DNA of 64,000 nucleotides from an uncultured cyanobacterium (GTDB taxonomy: Bacteria > Cyanobacteriota > Cyanobacteriia > Cyanobacteriales > Nostocaceae), in contig OY970166.1 in NCBI GenBank assembly GCA_963706595.1, forward strand, positions 5,472,001 to 5,536,000, read 5' to 3'. A program made the position numbers and the translations under genes. Shown piece after piece: positions 11,246 to 21,311 of this stretch. The first letter of the stretch is position 1, and the number at the start of each line of letters is the position of its first letter. The notes beneath the pieces are model-generated. The model saw only the letters and a list, made by a program, of their open reading frames with translations. It was not told the DNA's origin and ran no database searches.

Positions 11246-12982
11246 ATGATCACAAAGATTGTACCCGCCGTTGTGGTACTGGGTCAAAACAGCGTGCCAG
11301 TAGCCCGCCAAATAATCAGCATTTTGCCAGGGGCGACATTATACGGTTTGGCAGGACGCACGTCTGGTGTTGATGTCACTTTCACGAATTTTGGTGACAC
11401 AGTGCGGGAGTTGTTCGCCGAAGGAACACCGTTAATTGGTATTTGCGCTGCTGGCATTCTCATCAGAACCATAGCACCAATGCTTTCCGATAAAAAACAA
11501 GAACCGCCAGTATTAGCCGTAGCTGAAGATGGTAGTGCTGTAGTTCCGCTTTTGGGGGGACTGAATGGCGTGAATGATTTGGCGCGACGCATTGCTGAGG
11601 TACTTAATGTTCAACCTGCAATCACCACCACAGGCGATATTCGCTTCCGGACAGCGTTATTATCTCCGCCGCCTGGATATCATTTAGCCAACCCAGATGA
11701 CGCAAAGAAATTTATCTCAGATTTATTAGCTGGGGCGCAAGTTAAGCTCGAAGGTTCAGCGCCTTGGTTGAGTAATAGTCAATTACCCATAGACCCCAAC
11801 GGTGATTTGACCATCCAGGTTACAGAAAGATTAGTGACTTCTGCACCCAACTGTCTAGTTTATCACCCAGCAACTATAGCGATTATCGCCATCAGTGATA
11901 CCCTTGATATAGCTTTAGTACAACAGCTGTTAGCAGATGCCGAACTTTCCCCCGCATCAGTAGCAGGGATATTTGCACCTATCACCCTAGCCACAAATCC
12001 AGCTATAAAAGCCATTACTAACGCCTTTAAAGTACCTACACGCTTCTTTACCTCAGATAAACTAGAAAATTTGATATCACAAGGTTATAGCCCCGCCCAA
12101 GCTATAGCCCTCACCGCAACTGGTTCGTCTCCCTTATCCTCCTCATCTCCCCACCTAGCACTCGCAATTGCTCCCACACCCATTGACCCCAACACTATCG
12201 GTCAAGCACAGGGACGGTTAGCAATTATTGGCACTGGGCCAGGTGGTTCACAGTGGATGTCTCCAGAGGTGACAGAAATACTCAAATCTGCAACTGATTT
12301 AGTGGGTTACAAAACATACATAAATTTAATTGGTTCTCTAGCTGATGGTAAACAACTGCACGAGTCCGACAACCGTGAAGAAATTGCACGGGCGACAATG
12401 GCGCTGGATTTGGCAGCAGAGGGGCGATATGTAGCAGTAGTTTCTTCTGGTGATCCTGGGATATATGCAATGGCTGCGGCTGTATTTGAGGTATGCGATC
12501 GCGAAGCGCTCCGTAGGAATCGCAACCCCAAACCGGAGTGGGATAGTATAGATATTCATGTTGCACCAGGGATATCAGCCATGCAAGCGGCGGCTGCAAG
12601 TATTGGTGCGCCTTTGGGACATGACTTCTGCGCGATATCACTGTCTGATATTTTAAAACCTTGGTCAATTATCGAACAACGCATTGCTGCGGCTGCTGAA
12701 GCTGACTTTGCGATCGCCTTTTATAATCCTGTGTCCAAAGAGCGCACTTGGCAACTAGCAGCAGCGAAAAATATTTTACTGCAACATAGAACACCAGACA
12801 CCCCAGTAGTATTAGCCAGAAATCTCGGCAGACCAGGGCAGATGGTGAAGGTAATCAAACTGAACGAATTAACACCAGATTCAGCCGATATGCGGACAGT
12901 GATTCTAGTTGGTTCCAGCCAAACCCGAACAATTCAGCGCAGTGATGGAACTGTTGCGGTTTATACGCCACGACGGTACTAG
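11246..12982 (+). CDS. cobJ: CbiG/precorrin-3B C17-methyltransferase fusion
   Basis: N-terminal CbiG (PLLGG..G.N.LA, ITTTGD); C-terminal GTGPG, VSSGDPGIYAMA, GAPLGHDFCAISLSD, YTPRRY. Confidence 0.93.
   Translation: MITKIVPAVVVLGQNSVPVARQIISILPGATLYGLAGRTSGVDVTFTNFGDTVRELFAEGTPLIGICAAGILIRTIAPMLSDKKQEPPVLAVAEDGSAVVPLLGGLNGVNDLARRIAEVLNVQPAITTTGDIRFRTALLSPPPGYHLANPDDAKKFISDLLAGAQVKLEGSAPWLSNSQLPIDPNGDLTIQVTERLVTSAPNCLVYHPATIAIIAISDTLDIALVQQLLADAELSPASVAGIFAPITLATNPAIKAITNAFKVPTRFFTSDKLENLISQGYSPAQAIALTATGSSPLSSSSPHLALAIAPTPIDPNTIGQAQGRLAIIGTGPGGSQWMSPEVTEILKSATDLVGYKTYINLIGSLADGKQLHESDNREEIARATMALDLAAEGRYVAVVSSGDPGIYAMAAAVFEVCDREALRRNRNPKPEWDSIDIHVAPGISAMQAAAASIGAPLGHDFCAISLSDILKPWSIIEQRIAAAAEADFAIAFYNPVSKERTWQLAAAKNILLQHRTPDTPVVLARNLGRPGQMVKVIKLNELTPDSADMRTVILVGSSQTRTIQRSDGTVAVYTPRRY
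12503..12523. repeat. 21-nt HIP1-targeted small dispersed repeat, in-frame in cobJ
   Basis: GCGATCGC followed by GAAGCGCTCCGTAGGAATCGC, which regenerates ATCGC; adds EALRRNR. Confidence 0.75.
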
Positions 12983-13049
12983 GAATATAGCTTTTGCCAA
13001 TAGTTTTAGCACACAGCAGATTTGACAAAAGAATTACCAGATGACGAAT

Positions 13050-13143
13050 TCACCACTTTTCCCACACAGAGCGAAAATATCGGATCATGACGTAGATTTT
13101 TATGGTCATTTATATCTTCATAGCCCATGATTAATCCATATAC
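13050..13143 (-). pseudogene. IS1380-family transposase fragment
   Basis: Manual translation VYGLIMGYEDINDHKNLRHDPIFSLCVGK matches the recalled IS1380 GYED.NDH..LR.DP signature; no intact ORF. Confidence 0.7.
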
Positions 13144-13188
13144 ATCTTATTCTTATCATTGTTATTCCCTACTACTAAGTCTTGGAGT

Positions 13189-13229
13189 GTTAACCTCGTA
13201 ATGGCGTGATTCATCATTACGAGGTTAAC
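13189..13229. terminator. Strong hairpin downstream of the redox/carbohydrate cluster
   Basis: Perfect 15-bp stem GTTAACCTCGTAATG / CATTACGAGGTTAAC with 11-nt loop; no clear U-tract. Confidence 0.55.
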
Positions 13230-13289
13230 TGTCGTACTGTTTTCTTCTGCAAAGCCACTAAGACTCTGAAGCCGTTACACTGTTATTTC

Positions 13290-16085
13290 CTACTCAGGGT
13301 TTTTTCCTTGAGCAGTGTAATCTCCATGTTGTTGGATTAGTTTTGCCACTACTCCTGTCCAACCTGTTTGATGACTAGCCCCAATTCCCGCACCATTATC
13401 TCCATGAAAATATTCATAGAAGAGAATGTATTGATTCCAATTGGGGTCATCTTGAAACTTTTTAGTGCTTCCATAAACAGGTCGCTCACTTTGACCTTCT
13501 GTTTTTGGCAAGAAAATATTGATCAATCTTTGAGAAATTTCAGTAGACACTTCCCAGAGGTTCATCATCTTGCCTGAACCAGTCGGATATTCTACTTTGA
13601 AATCATCTCCTAAATAACGATGAAATTTTTGGAGTGATTCAATAATCAAGAAATTCACAGGCATCCAAATCGGACCACGCCAATTAGAATTGCCACCAAA
13701 TAGACCAAATCTCGATTCTCCTGGTTCGTATTCTACTAAAGGTTGCTCGAAACTGCCATCTTCCATTCTGATTTTAAAAGGTAAGAGATAAGGATGGGGT
13801 GGCTCGTGTGATTTAGATAAAGCTCGAATGCCATATTGTCCTAAAAATTCAGATTCATCGAGCATTCTTTTGAGAATTAATTTCAGTCTTGCAGGGTTGA
13901 CTAGGGATAAAGCTAATCCTCCTTCCATGAAATTACTGGTTGTGTTATCGAAGTAAATATTCTGGTTTTCGGTCAAATCTTTACGGTTCTTGAGGAACCA
14001 ATCCGCCCTTTTTTTGAAGTCAGAAGTCAAATATTTGTCTAGTGTTTCCTGATCAATCGCTTCCACTGCAAATAGAGGAATAAGTCCTACCATAGAACGG
14101 ACTTTCATCGAGAAAGAAAAGGGATCATTTCCTCCCTCTATGGCATTAGCAGGAAGTTTCAAAATGTCATAGAAAAAGCCATCCTTATCATCCCAAACAT
14201 CAACATCATTTCCTCCCAGCTTGTTCAGAGCTTCGGCAATCAACAAAAAGTGCTGGAAGTATTTTGAGGCCATATCGTCATAAACTTTTGAATTTGTATG
14301 GGTTTTGGCTAACTCTGTTGCCATCTTCAACAAGTTGAGACAAAACATTCCCATCCAGCTAGTACCATCTGATTGCTCAATACTAGCACCGGCAATTTTC
14401 AAATTACTGCGGTCAAAAACCCCAATATTATCTAACCCCAGGAAACCGCCTCCAAACAGATTGTTTCCATCTACATCTTTGCGGTTTATCCACCAAGTAA
14501 AGTAGAGGGATAATTTCTGAAATAGTTGTTCGAGGAATCCTCCGTCTGCATTGCCATACATTTTCTCTTCTATTTTATAAACCCGCCAAGCTGCCCAGGC
14601 ATGAACTGGAGGATTTACGTCGCTAAAGTTCCACTCATAGGCTGGTATTTGACCGTTAGGGTGCATAAACCATTCTCTGGTGAAGAGATATAATTGCTTT
14701 TTAGCAAATTCTGGGTCAATTAAGGCTAGAGGGATGGTGTGAAATGCCAAGTCCCAAGCAGCAAACCAAGGATATTCCCATTTGTCAGGCATGGAGATGA
14801 TATCTTCGTTAAACAGGTGAGTCCACTCACTGTTTCTACCAGAGTTTTTGCGTTGCGCTGGTGGTGGTGCGCCTGGGTCGCCATTGATCCAATCTTGCAC
14901 AACATAGTGGAAAAATTGCTTACTCCATAACATCCCTGCAAAGGCTTGTCGTTGGACGTTACGCATTTCAACTGGTAATTCTTCGCTGGGGGTGACTGCT
15001 TGATAGAATTGATCCGCCTCATTTTTGCGTTGTTCAAATACTGACCCAAATTCACTACCAAAGGGTGTTGCTAAATCGTCAATATCACTGAGGCGGAGTC
15101 GCACGATTTTGGTTTCCCCAGGGGCAAGATTTAAGCGATAATGGGGTGAAACTTTGGTTCCTTGTGGATGAGGATTTACTGCACCTGTTTTACCATTAAC
15201 AATATAATCGTTAATGCCATCTTTGACGTAAGAATCATTCTTTCCCCATCCAAACTTTTCTTTATTGGTTTCGTTTTCCGTGTACAGCATGGCATTGGGG
15301 GTTTCGCAATAAAGCCATTTCTTGACCTCCGGTTGCGCTGATTTCAGGTCAGTAAATTGAGCTTTAACTACCTTAAAATCTCCACTAGAGTTAACGCTTT
15401 CCAGGGAGGGTTTACCTTCCTCTGTGGGTCCCCAAGACCAAGTGTTACGAAACCAAAGAGTCGGTGCTAGATGCAACTCTTTAGCTTCTGGACCATGATT
15501 AACAACCGTGATTTGAATCAAGATATCTTCGGGAGAATTTTTGGCATATTCGACGAAAACATCAAAATAGCGGTTATCGTCAAATATCCCTGTATCCATC
15601 AACTCAAATTCAAAGGCGCGAGAATCTTGGGCTTTGCGGCGACCATTTTCCTTGACTAATTGTTCATAGGGAAAGGCATTATGGGGATATTTGTACAGCC
15701 CTTTCATGTAAGAGTGGGTGGGGGTACTATCCAAATAAAAGTAATACTCTTTGACATCTTCTCCGTGATTTCCCTCACTATTTGTTAATCCAAATAGCCT
15801 TTCTTTGAGGATGGCATCTTTTCCATTCCAGAGAGCGATCGCAAAACAAAGACGTTGGTGATTATCAGAAATCCCCATAATCCCATCCTCACCCCAGCGA
15901 TAGGTACGGGAACGAGATTGATCATGGGAAAAATAGTCCCAAGCGTTACCATCAGCACTATAATCTTCTCGCACTGTTCCCCATTGGCGATCGCTTAAAT
16001 AAGGACCCCACTGTTTCCAGTGTTTCTCCCGGTTGCTATCTTCAACGAGTCTTTTTCTTTCGACTGTGTCTTGAATTTTAATCAT
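13290..16085 (-). CDS. GH63 / MGH1-like glycoside hydrolase
   Basis: [66 protein letters not shown]; start ATG 16085 or TTG 16097. Confidence 0.9.
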   Translation of the reverse strand: MIKIQDTVERKRLVEDSNREKHWKQWGPYLSDRQWGTVREDYSADGNAWDYFSHDQSRSRTYRWGEDGIMGISDNHQRLCFAIALWNGKDAILKERLFGLTNSEGNHGEDVKEYYFYLDSTPTHSYMKGLYKYPHNAFPYEQLVKENGRRKAQDSRAFEFELMDTGIFDDNRYFDVFVEYAKNSPEDILIQITVVNHGPEAKELHLAPTLWFRNTWSWGPTEEGKPSLESVNSSGDFKVVKAQFTDLKSAQPEVKKWLYCETPNAMLYTENETNKEKFGWGKNDSYVKDGINDYIVNGKTGAVNPHPQGTKVSPHYRLNLAPGETKIVRLRLSDIDDLATPFGSEFGSVFEQRKNEADQFYQAVTPSEELPVEMRNVQRQAFAGMLWSKQFFHYVVQDWINGDPGAPPPAQRKNSGRNSEWTHLFNEDIISMPDKWEYPWFAAWDLAFHTIPLALIDPEFAKKQLYLFTREWFMHPNGQIPAYEWNFSDVNPPVHAWAAWRVYKIEEKMYGNADGGFLEQLFQKLSLYFTWWINRKDVDGNNLFGGGFLGLDNIGVFDRSNLKIAGASIEQSDGTSWMGMFCLNLLKMATELAKTHTNSKVYDDMASKYFQHFLLIAEALNKLGGNDVDVWDDKDGFFYDILKLPANAIEGGNDPFSFSMKVRSMVGLIPLFAVEAIDQETLDKYLTSDFKKRADWFLKNRKDLTENQNIYFDNTTSNFMEGGLALSLVNPARLKLILKRMLDESEFLGQYGIRALSKSHEPPHPYLLPFKIRMEDGSFEQPLVEYEPGESRFGLFGGNSNWRGPIWMPVNFLIIESLQKFHRYLGDDFKVEYPTGSGKMMNLWEVSTEISQRLINIFLPKTEGQSERPVYGSTKKFQDDPNWNQYILFYEYFHGDNGAGIGASHQTGWTGVVAKLIQQHGDYTAQGKNPE

Positions 16086-16148
16086 GATTTTTGGCAATTT
16101 AATAAATGAACTGTTGGCAATAATAGTCTTAATTAGCTAGAGAAATCT

Positions 16149-17582
16149 CTAATCTAAACTCGTCAGAAAACTAATACTAGGAGCGAAGAAATATTCTCCA
16201 CCTTTCATTTTCACCCATAGCTCAAAATGATACTCCTTAGTTTCCTTTTCACCCCATTTTGTTGGCCATTTTGATACTACAGTTTTTGGATCACCCTTTG
16301 GTTTTCCTGGCTGACCAATTACCGGATCAAGTCCTACCCCAACATCAACAAAACGATCAGGATTTGCCCATCTTGACTGCATAAAATTAAATTGGTTTTC
16401 AATATCTGCTTGGAAACAAAGAAACAATAATCCTGAACCCTCTGTCGGTTTTGCAGTGGGATCATGTTCTCCATAACTCACTGCCCGTCGGGCAATGCGA
16501 TGATCTCTTTCTATCCTTAAAGCTTCATCAAATTCAGGAGCAGATTCAACCCGTCCTGTATCACCACGCGGGTTTGTTTTGCGAATATGGGCATGAAATG
16601 GACATTTTGTAGCTGCTATATCCTGATCATAATTAAAGATATTAGTTGGAGTTACAGCATAGGTAGGAATATCTGATTTAGTCACAGGAGTTCCATCCGC
16701 AAACCGACCCATCACCAAAGCCCCTGCCAAATCATTTTTGATGTTTAAAGTTTCAGCAAGTTTCTGTTGATCCTCATGAAATGCTTTAACATTTTGTTCG
16801 AGTTTTCGGTAAACTAAATAGCTACCATAACTATCCTCGGTTTTCCCATTGTAATCTTTAACGAGAATGATATCTAAAGAAGCTCTAGGGTCCCATTGAC
16901 TGAAATTGCAATCATTGGTTTGCGCTCTCATAATGTCTCGTTTGATAAATAAAGGCTGACTGACTCCATCCACAAACCCAAAATGTTCAATTATTTGTCC
17001 TGCTTTATTTCTGAGAATAAAGCCATCTTCTCGGTGAATAATCACAGCAACTTGACGCAAACTTTGAGAAATTTTATTGACGGTTTGCAACAAATTAATC
17101 AAGTTATCATCAGCAATCAATAGTAAGGCATGGATATCTTTTTGAAATCCTGCTTCCCAGTCTTCAACCTCCGGATCTTTTAAAAAATCTTGCCTGATTT
17201 GCTCGTTTTTCATCCCCATAGTAAAGGGCTGATCTTTCGGCACTTGAAAAGGCTTAAATCCTAAAGCCTCATAACCACGACGAGTTAGTAAAAAGTTAGC
17301 AAAAACCTTGCCGGAAATGCCTTCTTGTCGGTAGCATAAAGCCTCATCTGCTTGCTGTTTAGCTGATGTTACATAACATTTAGTAAAGGTTTGTATCCAG
17401 TTCTTAGCTTCAGCAACTTGTTCCGATTTCCATTCTAAAAAGAGATGCACACTGTAATCTCGTCCATGTCCTTTTAAAATGTTTCCCTGTAAGTCTTGCA
17501 GAAGTCCTTGATACTTGCCCGCATTTTCTGGATCAATTCCAGTTTCTGGAAGATTTTTTAAGTCTTCTTCTGTTAGTGCCAC
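16149..17582 (-). CDS. DyP-type peroxidase (AnaPX-like)
   Basis: EHFGFVDGVSQP (GxxDG), CPFHAHIRKTNPR (proximal His), RIARR, GGEYFFAPS. GTG start at 17582 after AGGTGG gives MALTEEDLKNLPE, closely resembling the Anabaena AnaPX sequence as I recall it. Confidence 0.93.
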   Translation of the reverse strand: MALTEEDLKNLPETGIDPENAGKYQGLLQDLQGNILKGHGRDYSVHLFLEWKSEQVAEAKNWIQTFTKCYVTSAKQQADEALCYRQEGISGKVFANFLLTRRGYEALGFKPFQVPKDQPFTMGMKNEQIRQDFLKDPEVEDWEAGFQKDIHALLLIADDNLINLLQTVNKISQSLRQVAVIIHREDGFILRNKAGQIIEHFGFVDGVSQPLFIKRDIMRAQTNDCNFSQWDPRASLDIILVKDYNGKTEDSYGSYLVYRKLEQNVKAFHEDQQKLAETLNIKNDLAGALVMGRFADGTPVTKSDIPTYAVTPTNIFNYDQDIAATKCPFHAHIRKTNPRGDTGRVESAPEFDEALRIERDHRIARRAVSYGEHDPTAKPTEGSGLLFLCFQADIENQFNFMQSRWANPDRFVDVGVGLDPVIGQPGKPKGDPKTVVSKWPTKWGEKETKEYHFELWVKMKGGEYFFAPSISFLTSLD

Positions 17583-17610
17583 AAATTTCCACCTTTTTGA
17601 TGACTGTTTT

Positions 17611-19575
17611 TTATCCAGCTTGAAGTTTGACAATTTTGGCTTTAGCAGGTTTGCCTATGTCATTGAGATAAAACATCATGTAGTATCCAGGAGGATAGAG
17701 ATTAGCGTTGTCAGGTGCTGTAAATTCCACTAATGAACTATCATCCGAGACCTTAGTGGGCAATTCTGCTAACCGTTGTCCATAATCAAAAGAATGGGTA
17801 ACAGCCCCCAATTTGGCAAGTACCAGCGATGGGTTTTTAGTGCCATTTTTCACCCTAATTGTCCCTGGTTTTCCATATTCAAGAGTGTCAGGAGCTTGAT
17901 TGATTTGAGGGCGATCGCCAGATTTAAAGAGATAGGGAGGACTAAAAATTTCTCCTTGCCAAATTTCCGCCGGCACAAAGGGTTCAGAATCTCCTTGAGC
18001 ATAATAATGTTGGGGATCTTTGTAAAAGGTGTCGAGATCAAATTCTTCAGGTTCTCCTGATTTATTGTGCAGCTTGGCAAAGGTAAAAAATGTTTGAGGA
18101 TCACCGAGAACATCCACACGAACTGTGCCGTCTTTTTTAAGTGCGGCTCGGTTGGCATTCCCACCCACAATTAACACACGGGCATCCGGTAGTAAAACAG
18201 CCCCATTATGGTACAGTCTGGGGAATTTGCCAGGGTTTAAGGACTTGGTTCTATAACCTGCGGTGGCCTTTTCATCTGGGGTCATGAGTAAGGGTTCGTA
18301 AACTGGCTGATATTCGGGATATCGCCCCCCATTAATCACTAAAATTTCTTTGGTGGGTAAAATGACGGCTTGGAGGTTAGCTCTGGGTTTATCGAGGAAA
18401 TGGTCAAATATTTCCCATTTACCAATCTTGTTATTACTTTTTTCAGTAGGTGCAATCCAATGTTGTAAACTGCTGGCTACCCTGACCTCTTTGGGAAATC
18501 CTGCTGTACTACCACCCCGTCCAAAACTGATATTGTTAGTACCGATAATGCCACCTAATAAAATGACATCTTCGGAATTAGGGACTTGTAGGGCAGTTCC
18601 ATAGGCTTTGTTGGTTTCTAAGCGATCTGGCCCTACTTCAAAACTAATGGAAATATTGCCATTATCTACTTCCTGAATACTCATTAAATAGCTTTTTTTA
18701 CTGAAATGGGGAACTGACACTCCGGCAATACCGGCTTCGTCTCCTGTAATCAGTAATCTGCCATCTTTTAAGGGAAACACGCGGGGATAAAGGTCAATGC
18801 TATCGTAAACGTCCTCACCTTCTACTTTGGTGTTGAAGGGACTGTTTTCAATCAGTCTGGGGTCAAAGTATTGGAGTTTCTCTGTTTTGGGATCGTAAAT
18901 TTCAATACTGGGGTTAATTTGGTTAGGTTTATCCCATTTTAAACCTGAAAAAATGACCACTTTCCCACTAGCGAGGGGAATTAAACTGGGATACCAACGT
19001 CCATCTTTTGTCTCCCCGATCGCTTTCCATTCTCCTGTTTGCCACTTGTACAGGTTAATCTGCTTGCTGCCGGTAAAAGCTCCACCTGGGTAATAACGTC
19101 CTGTTCCCCCGATGAATAGGACGTTACCATCGGCTAATTGAACATGACCCAGACAAAAGAGATCGTTAGTTGTCCCATTTTGTGAAGCTGGAGGTGAGGG
19201 AATACGTTCAAATTTTCCCGTTGCGGGGTCAAGTAAACCTGTATTATTGATGGCATTGTAGTTTTTTGGATCTACACCTTCTTTAAACTTATATTTTCCA
19301 TCTTCTTCAATGAGGGTGCTACGAAAACTACTACCATTGACCATTAAAACTTTGCCATTCGGTAGCACAATGGTATGGACAGACTGCATCCGATCTTCTG
19401 TCGGTGGCATGGGGATGGTTTTCCATTTTCCCATGGTTTCTTTGGGTCCCATCGCTGGACTGGCGATCGCTACATCCCAACCTAACAATGTTAGGCATAA
19501 GGACAGGAAAAACACCAAAAAAACTGAGACAATCTTGATGCCTTTGGGTAATGGTTTAACTATCATGATAATCAA
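17611..19575 (-). CDS. Secreted copper radical oxidase (galactose/glyoxal oxidase family, AA5; Kelch + DUF1929)
   Basis: Signal peptide ending AIA; DLFC (cofactor Cys), RWYPS (cofactor Tyr), RLYHN (axial Tyr and His), VTHS (His), PPGYYMMF. Confidence 0.9.
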   Translation of the reverse strand: MIIMIVKPLPKGIKIVSVFLVFFLSLCLTLLGWDVAIASPAMGPKETMGKWKTIPMPPTEDRMQSVHTIVLPNGKVLMVNGSSFRSTLIEEDGKYKFKEGVDPKNYNAINNTGLLDPATGKFERIPSPPASQNGTTNDLFCLGHVQLADGNVLFIGGTGRYYPGGAFTGSKQINLYKWQTGEWKAIGETKDGRWYPSLIPLASGKVVIFSGLKWDKPNQINPSIEIYDPKTEKLQYFDPRLIENSPFNTKVEGEDVYDSIDLYPRVFPLKDGRLLITGDEAGIAGVSVPHFSKKSYLMSIQEVDNGNISISFEVGPDRLETNKAYGTALQVPNSEDVILLGGIIGTNNISFGRGGSTAGFPKEVRVASSLQHWIAPTEKSNNKIGKWEIFDHFLDKPRANLQAVILPTKEILVINGGRYPEYQPVYEPLLMTPDEKATAGYRTKSLNPGKFPRLYHNGAVLLPDARVLIVGGNANRAALKKDGTVRVDVLGDPQTFFTFAKLHNKSGEPEEFDLDTFYKDPQHYYAQGDSEPFVPAEIWQGEIFSPPYLFKSGDRPQINQAPDTLEYGKPGTIRVKNGTKNPSLVLAKLGAVTHSFDYGQRLAELPTKVSDDSSLVEFTAPDNANLYPPGYYMMFYLNDIGKPAKAKIVKLQAG

Positions 19576-19628
19576 GTCTCTAAATCAGAATTTATGTCCA
19601 TAGCAAATAGTCATTTCCCTAATAAAAG

Positions 19629-20654
19629 TTAGCCATGCTTAAGAGCTTTTTTGATTTCCTTTTTGGTTGCTTGAATAGCTTTATCCGCAATATCGTAAGC
19701 ACTAGGATAGAAAGGATGGGGTTGATCTTCCCCTGGTATCCAAAATTTGCGTCGAGACAAGCGCAGAGAGTTAATAAATGGCGGAATAGCATTGAAAATT
19801 TCCACAGCAATTGGTCCTGTGTAAACTTCTAAAACTGGTTTGAGAAATGACTGCCAAGGTAGCCAACTGGTATGAAGTGCGCCACGATCAGGAGGTGAAA
19901 CTTGAATGTAATGTAGGCGGTTTTGTTTGGCTAAATCGGTAACTTGCTCTGAGAATTTTTCTGGTCCGTCTCCATCTAAGATTTCATGGGCGCTATCAAT
20001 GACAACCCCCACTTGTTTACTTTCTACGCCTTTGAGAAAGTTAATTACTTGAGATAATTTATTTGGTCCAGGAGTTTCCCAATGAGTAATAGGTTCAATT
20101 GCTAATTTGACCTTTTTTCCTTCAGCATATTTACCCAATTCATTAAGAACAGGTTGAGCATTTTGATAACGTACAGCTAAATGCTCCTGTAGTTGATCAC
20201 TCCAAATAGGATCATTAAAGTCTGTAGTTGGAAAAACACCATAGGGAATGACAATAGGACCCATCATAATTTCCCCTCCTAAAGCAGCCGTAATATCAAC
20301 TCTTGATTTCAGATATTCTAGGGCTTCTTGTCTTTGTTTGGGATAGGGAGAACTAGGATCAAAAGTTCTGGTTGCTCCAACATTGGTGGATATTTTAATA
20401 TCTGCTAAACCTTCGCCATCAAGATAGTGACGTAAATTTTGATAATTTTCCAAATCCTGGGCATAATTTTGAGGATTGGTTAAAGCAATGGGAAATTCAA
20501 ACCCAGTATAACCAAAATTCTTCAGTTCTTTGATATGTTTTACTACAGTTTTCCGATATTCTAAATTATCAGGGTTTAAATCTGTAGTAAACATGAAAAA
20601 GCTCAGGTAAATATTGGGCAAAGATGATGAGTTGTTCATTTTATTACGCTCCAA
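19629..20654 (-). CDS. Sugar phosphate isomerase/epimerase TIM barrel (ketose 3-epimerase-like)
   Basis: LAIEPITHWE, VVIDSAH, DRG, AVEIF metal-site pattern; start may be ATG 20639. Confidence 0.8.
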   Translation of the reverse strand: MERNKMNNSSSLPNIYLSFFMFTTDLNPDNLEYRKTVVKHIKELKNFGYTGFEFPIALTNPQNYAQDLENYQNLRHYLDGEGLADIKISTNVGATRTFDPSSPYPKQRQEALEYLKSRVDITAALGGEIMMGPIVIPYGVFPTTDFNDPIWSDQLQEHLAVRYQNAQPVLNELGKYAEGKKVKLAIEPITHWETPGPNKLSQVINFLKGVESKQVGVVIDSAHEILDGDGPEKFSEQVTDLAKQNRLHYIQVSPPDRGALHTSWLPWQSFLKPVLEVYTGPIAVEIFNAIPPFINSLRLSRRKFWIPGEDQPHPFYPSAYDIADKAIQATKKEIKKALKHG

Positions 20655-20698
20655 AAAACTCCCAGTAAACTTGAATTACAGTACGATATTTTCCCTGA

Positions 20699-20783
20699 TA
20701 TAGCGATTTTCATCCAAATGAGGTACACCGAAAAAAATTAACCGCAGATAAATTTGTCCCTCAGCAGACTAGAAAATGCTATA
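20699..20783. mobile_element. Short MITE (TATAGC...GCTATA family)
   Basis: Imperfect TIR tatagcgattttc / gaaaatgctata. Confidence 0.6.
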
Positions 20784-20795
20784 TCTCTGCAAGAA

Positions 20796-21188
20796 TTATA
20801 AAGGTTTCTTGTTCCAAATTTGACGGTCAATTTTCCAGATTCCTGCATCTTTTTTCATTAACCATAAAGCCCGAAATTTTACCTGTTTTGCCGGACTACC
20901 ATCATGAGGACAAATAGTTGCGATAGAGATCCCAATGACATAACCAAAATCACCCATCACTTCAATTTCATCGGCAGTAAAAATTGGATCAATATCTTGG
21001 GTTGCAATACTTTGGGCAAATCCTTCTACAATATCTCCCCTACCACAGCGATCATCTACATCCGGTGCCATCCAAAGTGCATCTTCGGTATACATATCAC
21101 TATAACCACAAAGATTTCTAGTTCTTACATTCTCGGCATAGGTTTCTTCAAACACTTTTCTGATTTCGTCTTTATCGTGAGAATACAT
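20796..21188 (-). CDS. NTF2/SnoaL-like (DUF4440-type) protein
   Basis: 130 aa with YTEDALWMAP, GRGDI and WKIDRQIWN patterns; RBS AGGAG. Confidence 0.8.
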   Translation of the reverse strand: MYSHDKDEIRKVFEETYAENVRTRNLCGYSDMYTEDALWMAPDVDDRCGRGDIVEGFAQSIATQDIDPIFTADEIEVMGDFGYVIGISIATICPHDGSPAKQVKFRALWLMKKDAGIWKIDRQIWNKKPL

Positions 21189-21260
21189 ATCTAAACTCCT
21201 AATAATTGTTGTTGAGTTGTGTAGAAATAGTTGTCTTGGGCAGGAAAATTTACTATTTAA

Positions 21261-21306
21261 TATTTACCAAAAGTCAGTAGATAAAATTTCCGACTTTTAG
21301 TAAATA
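21261..21306. terminator. Intergenic hairpin between the iolE-like and SnoaL-like genes
   Basis: tatttaccaaaagtc ... gacttttagtaaata inverted repeat. Confidence 0.45.
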
Positions 21307-21311
21307 AAAAA

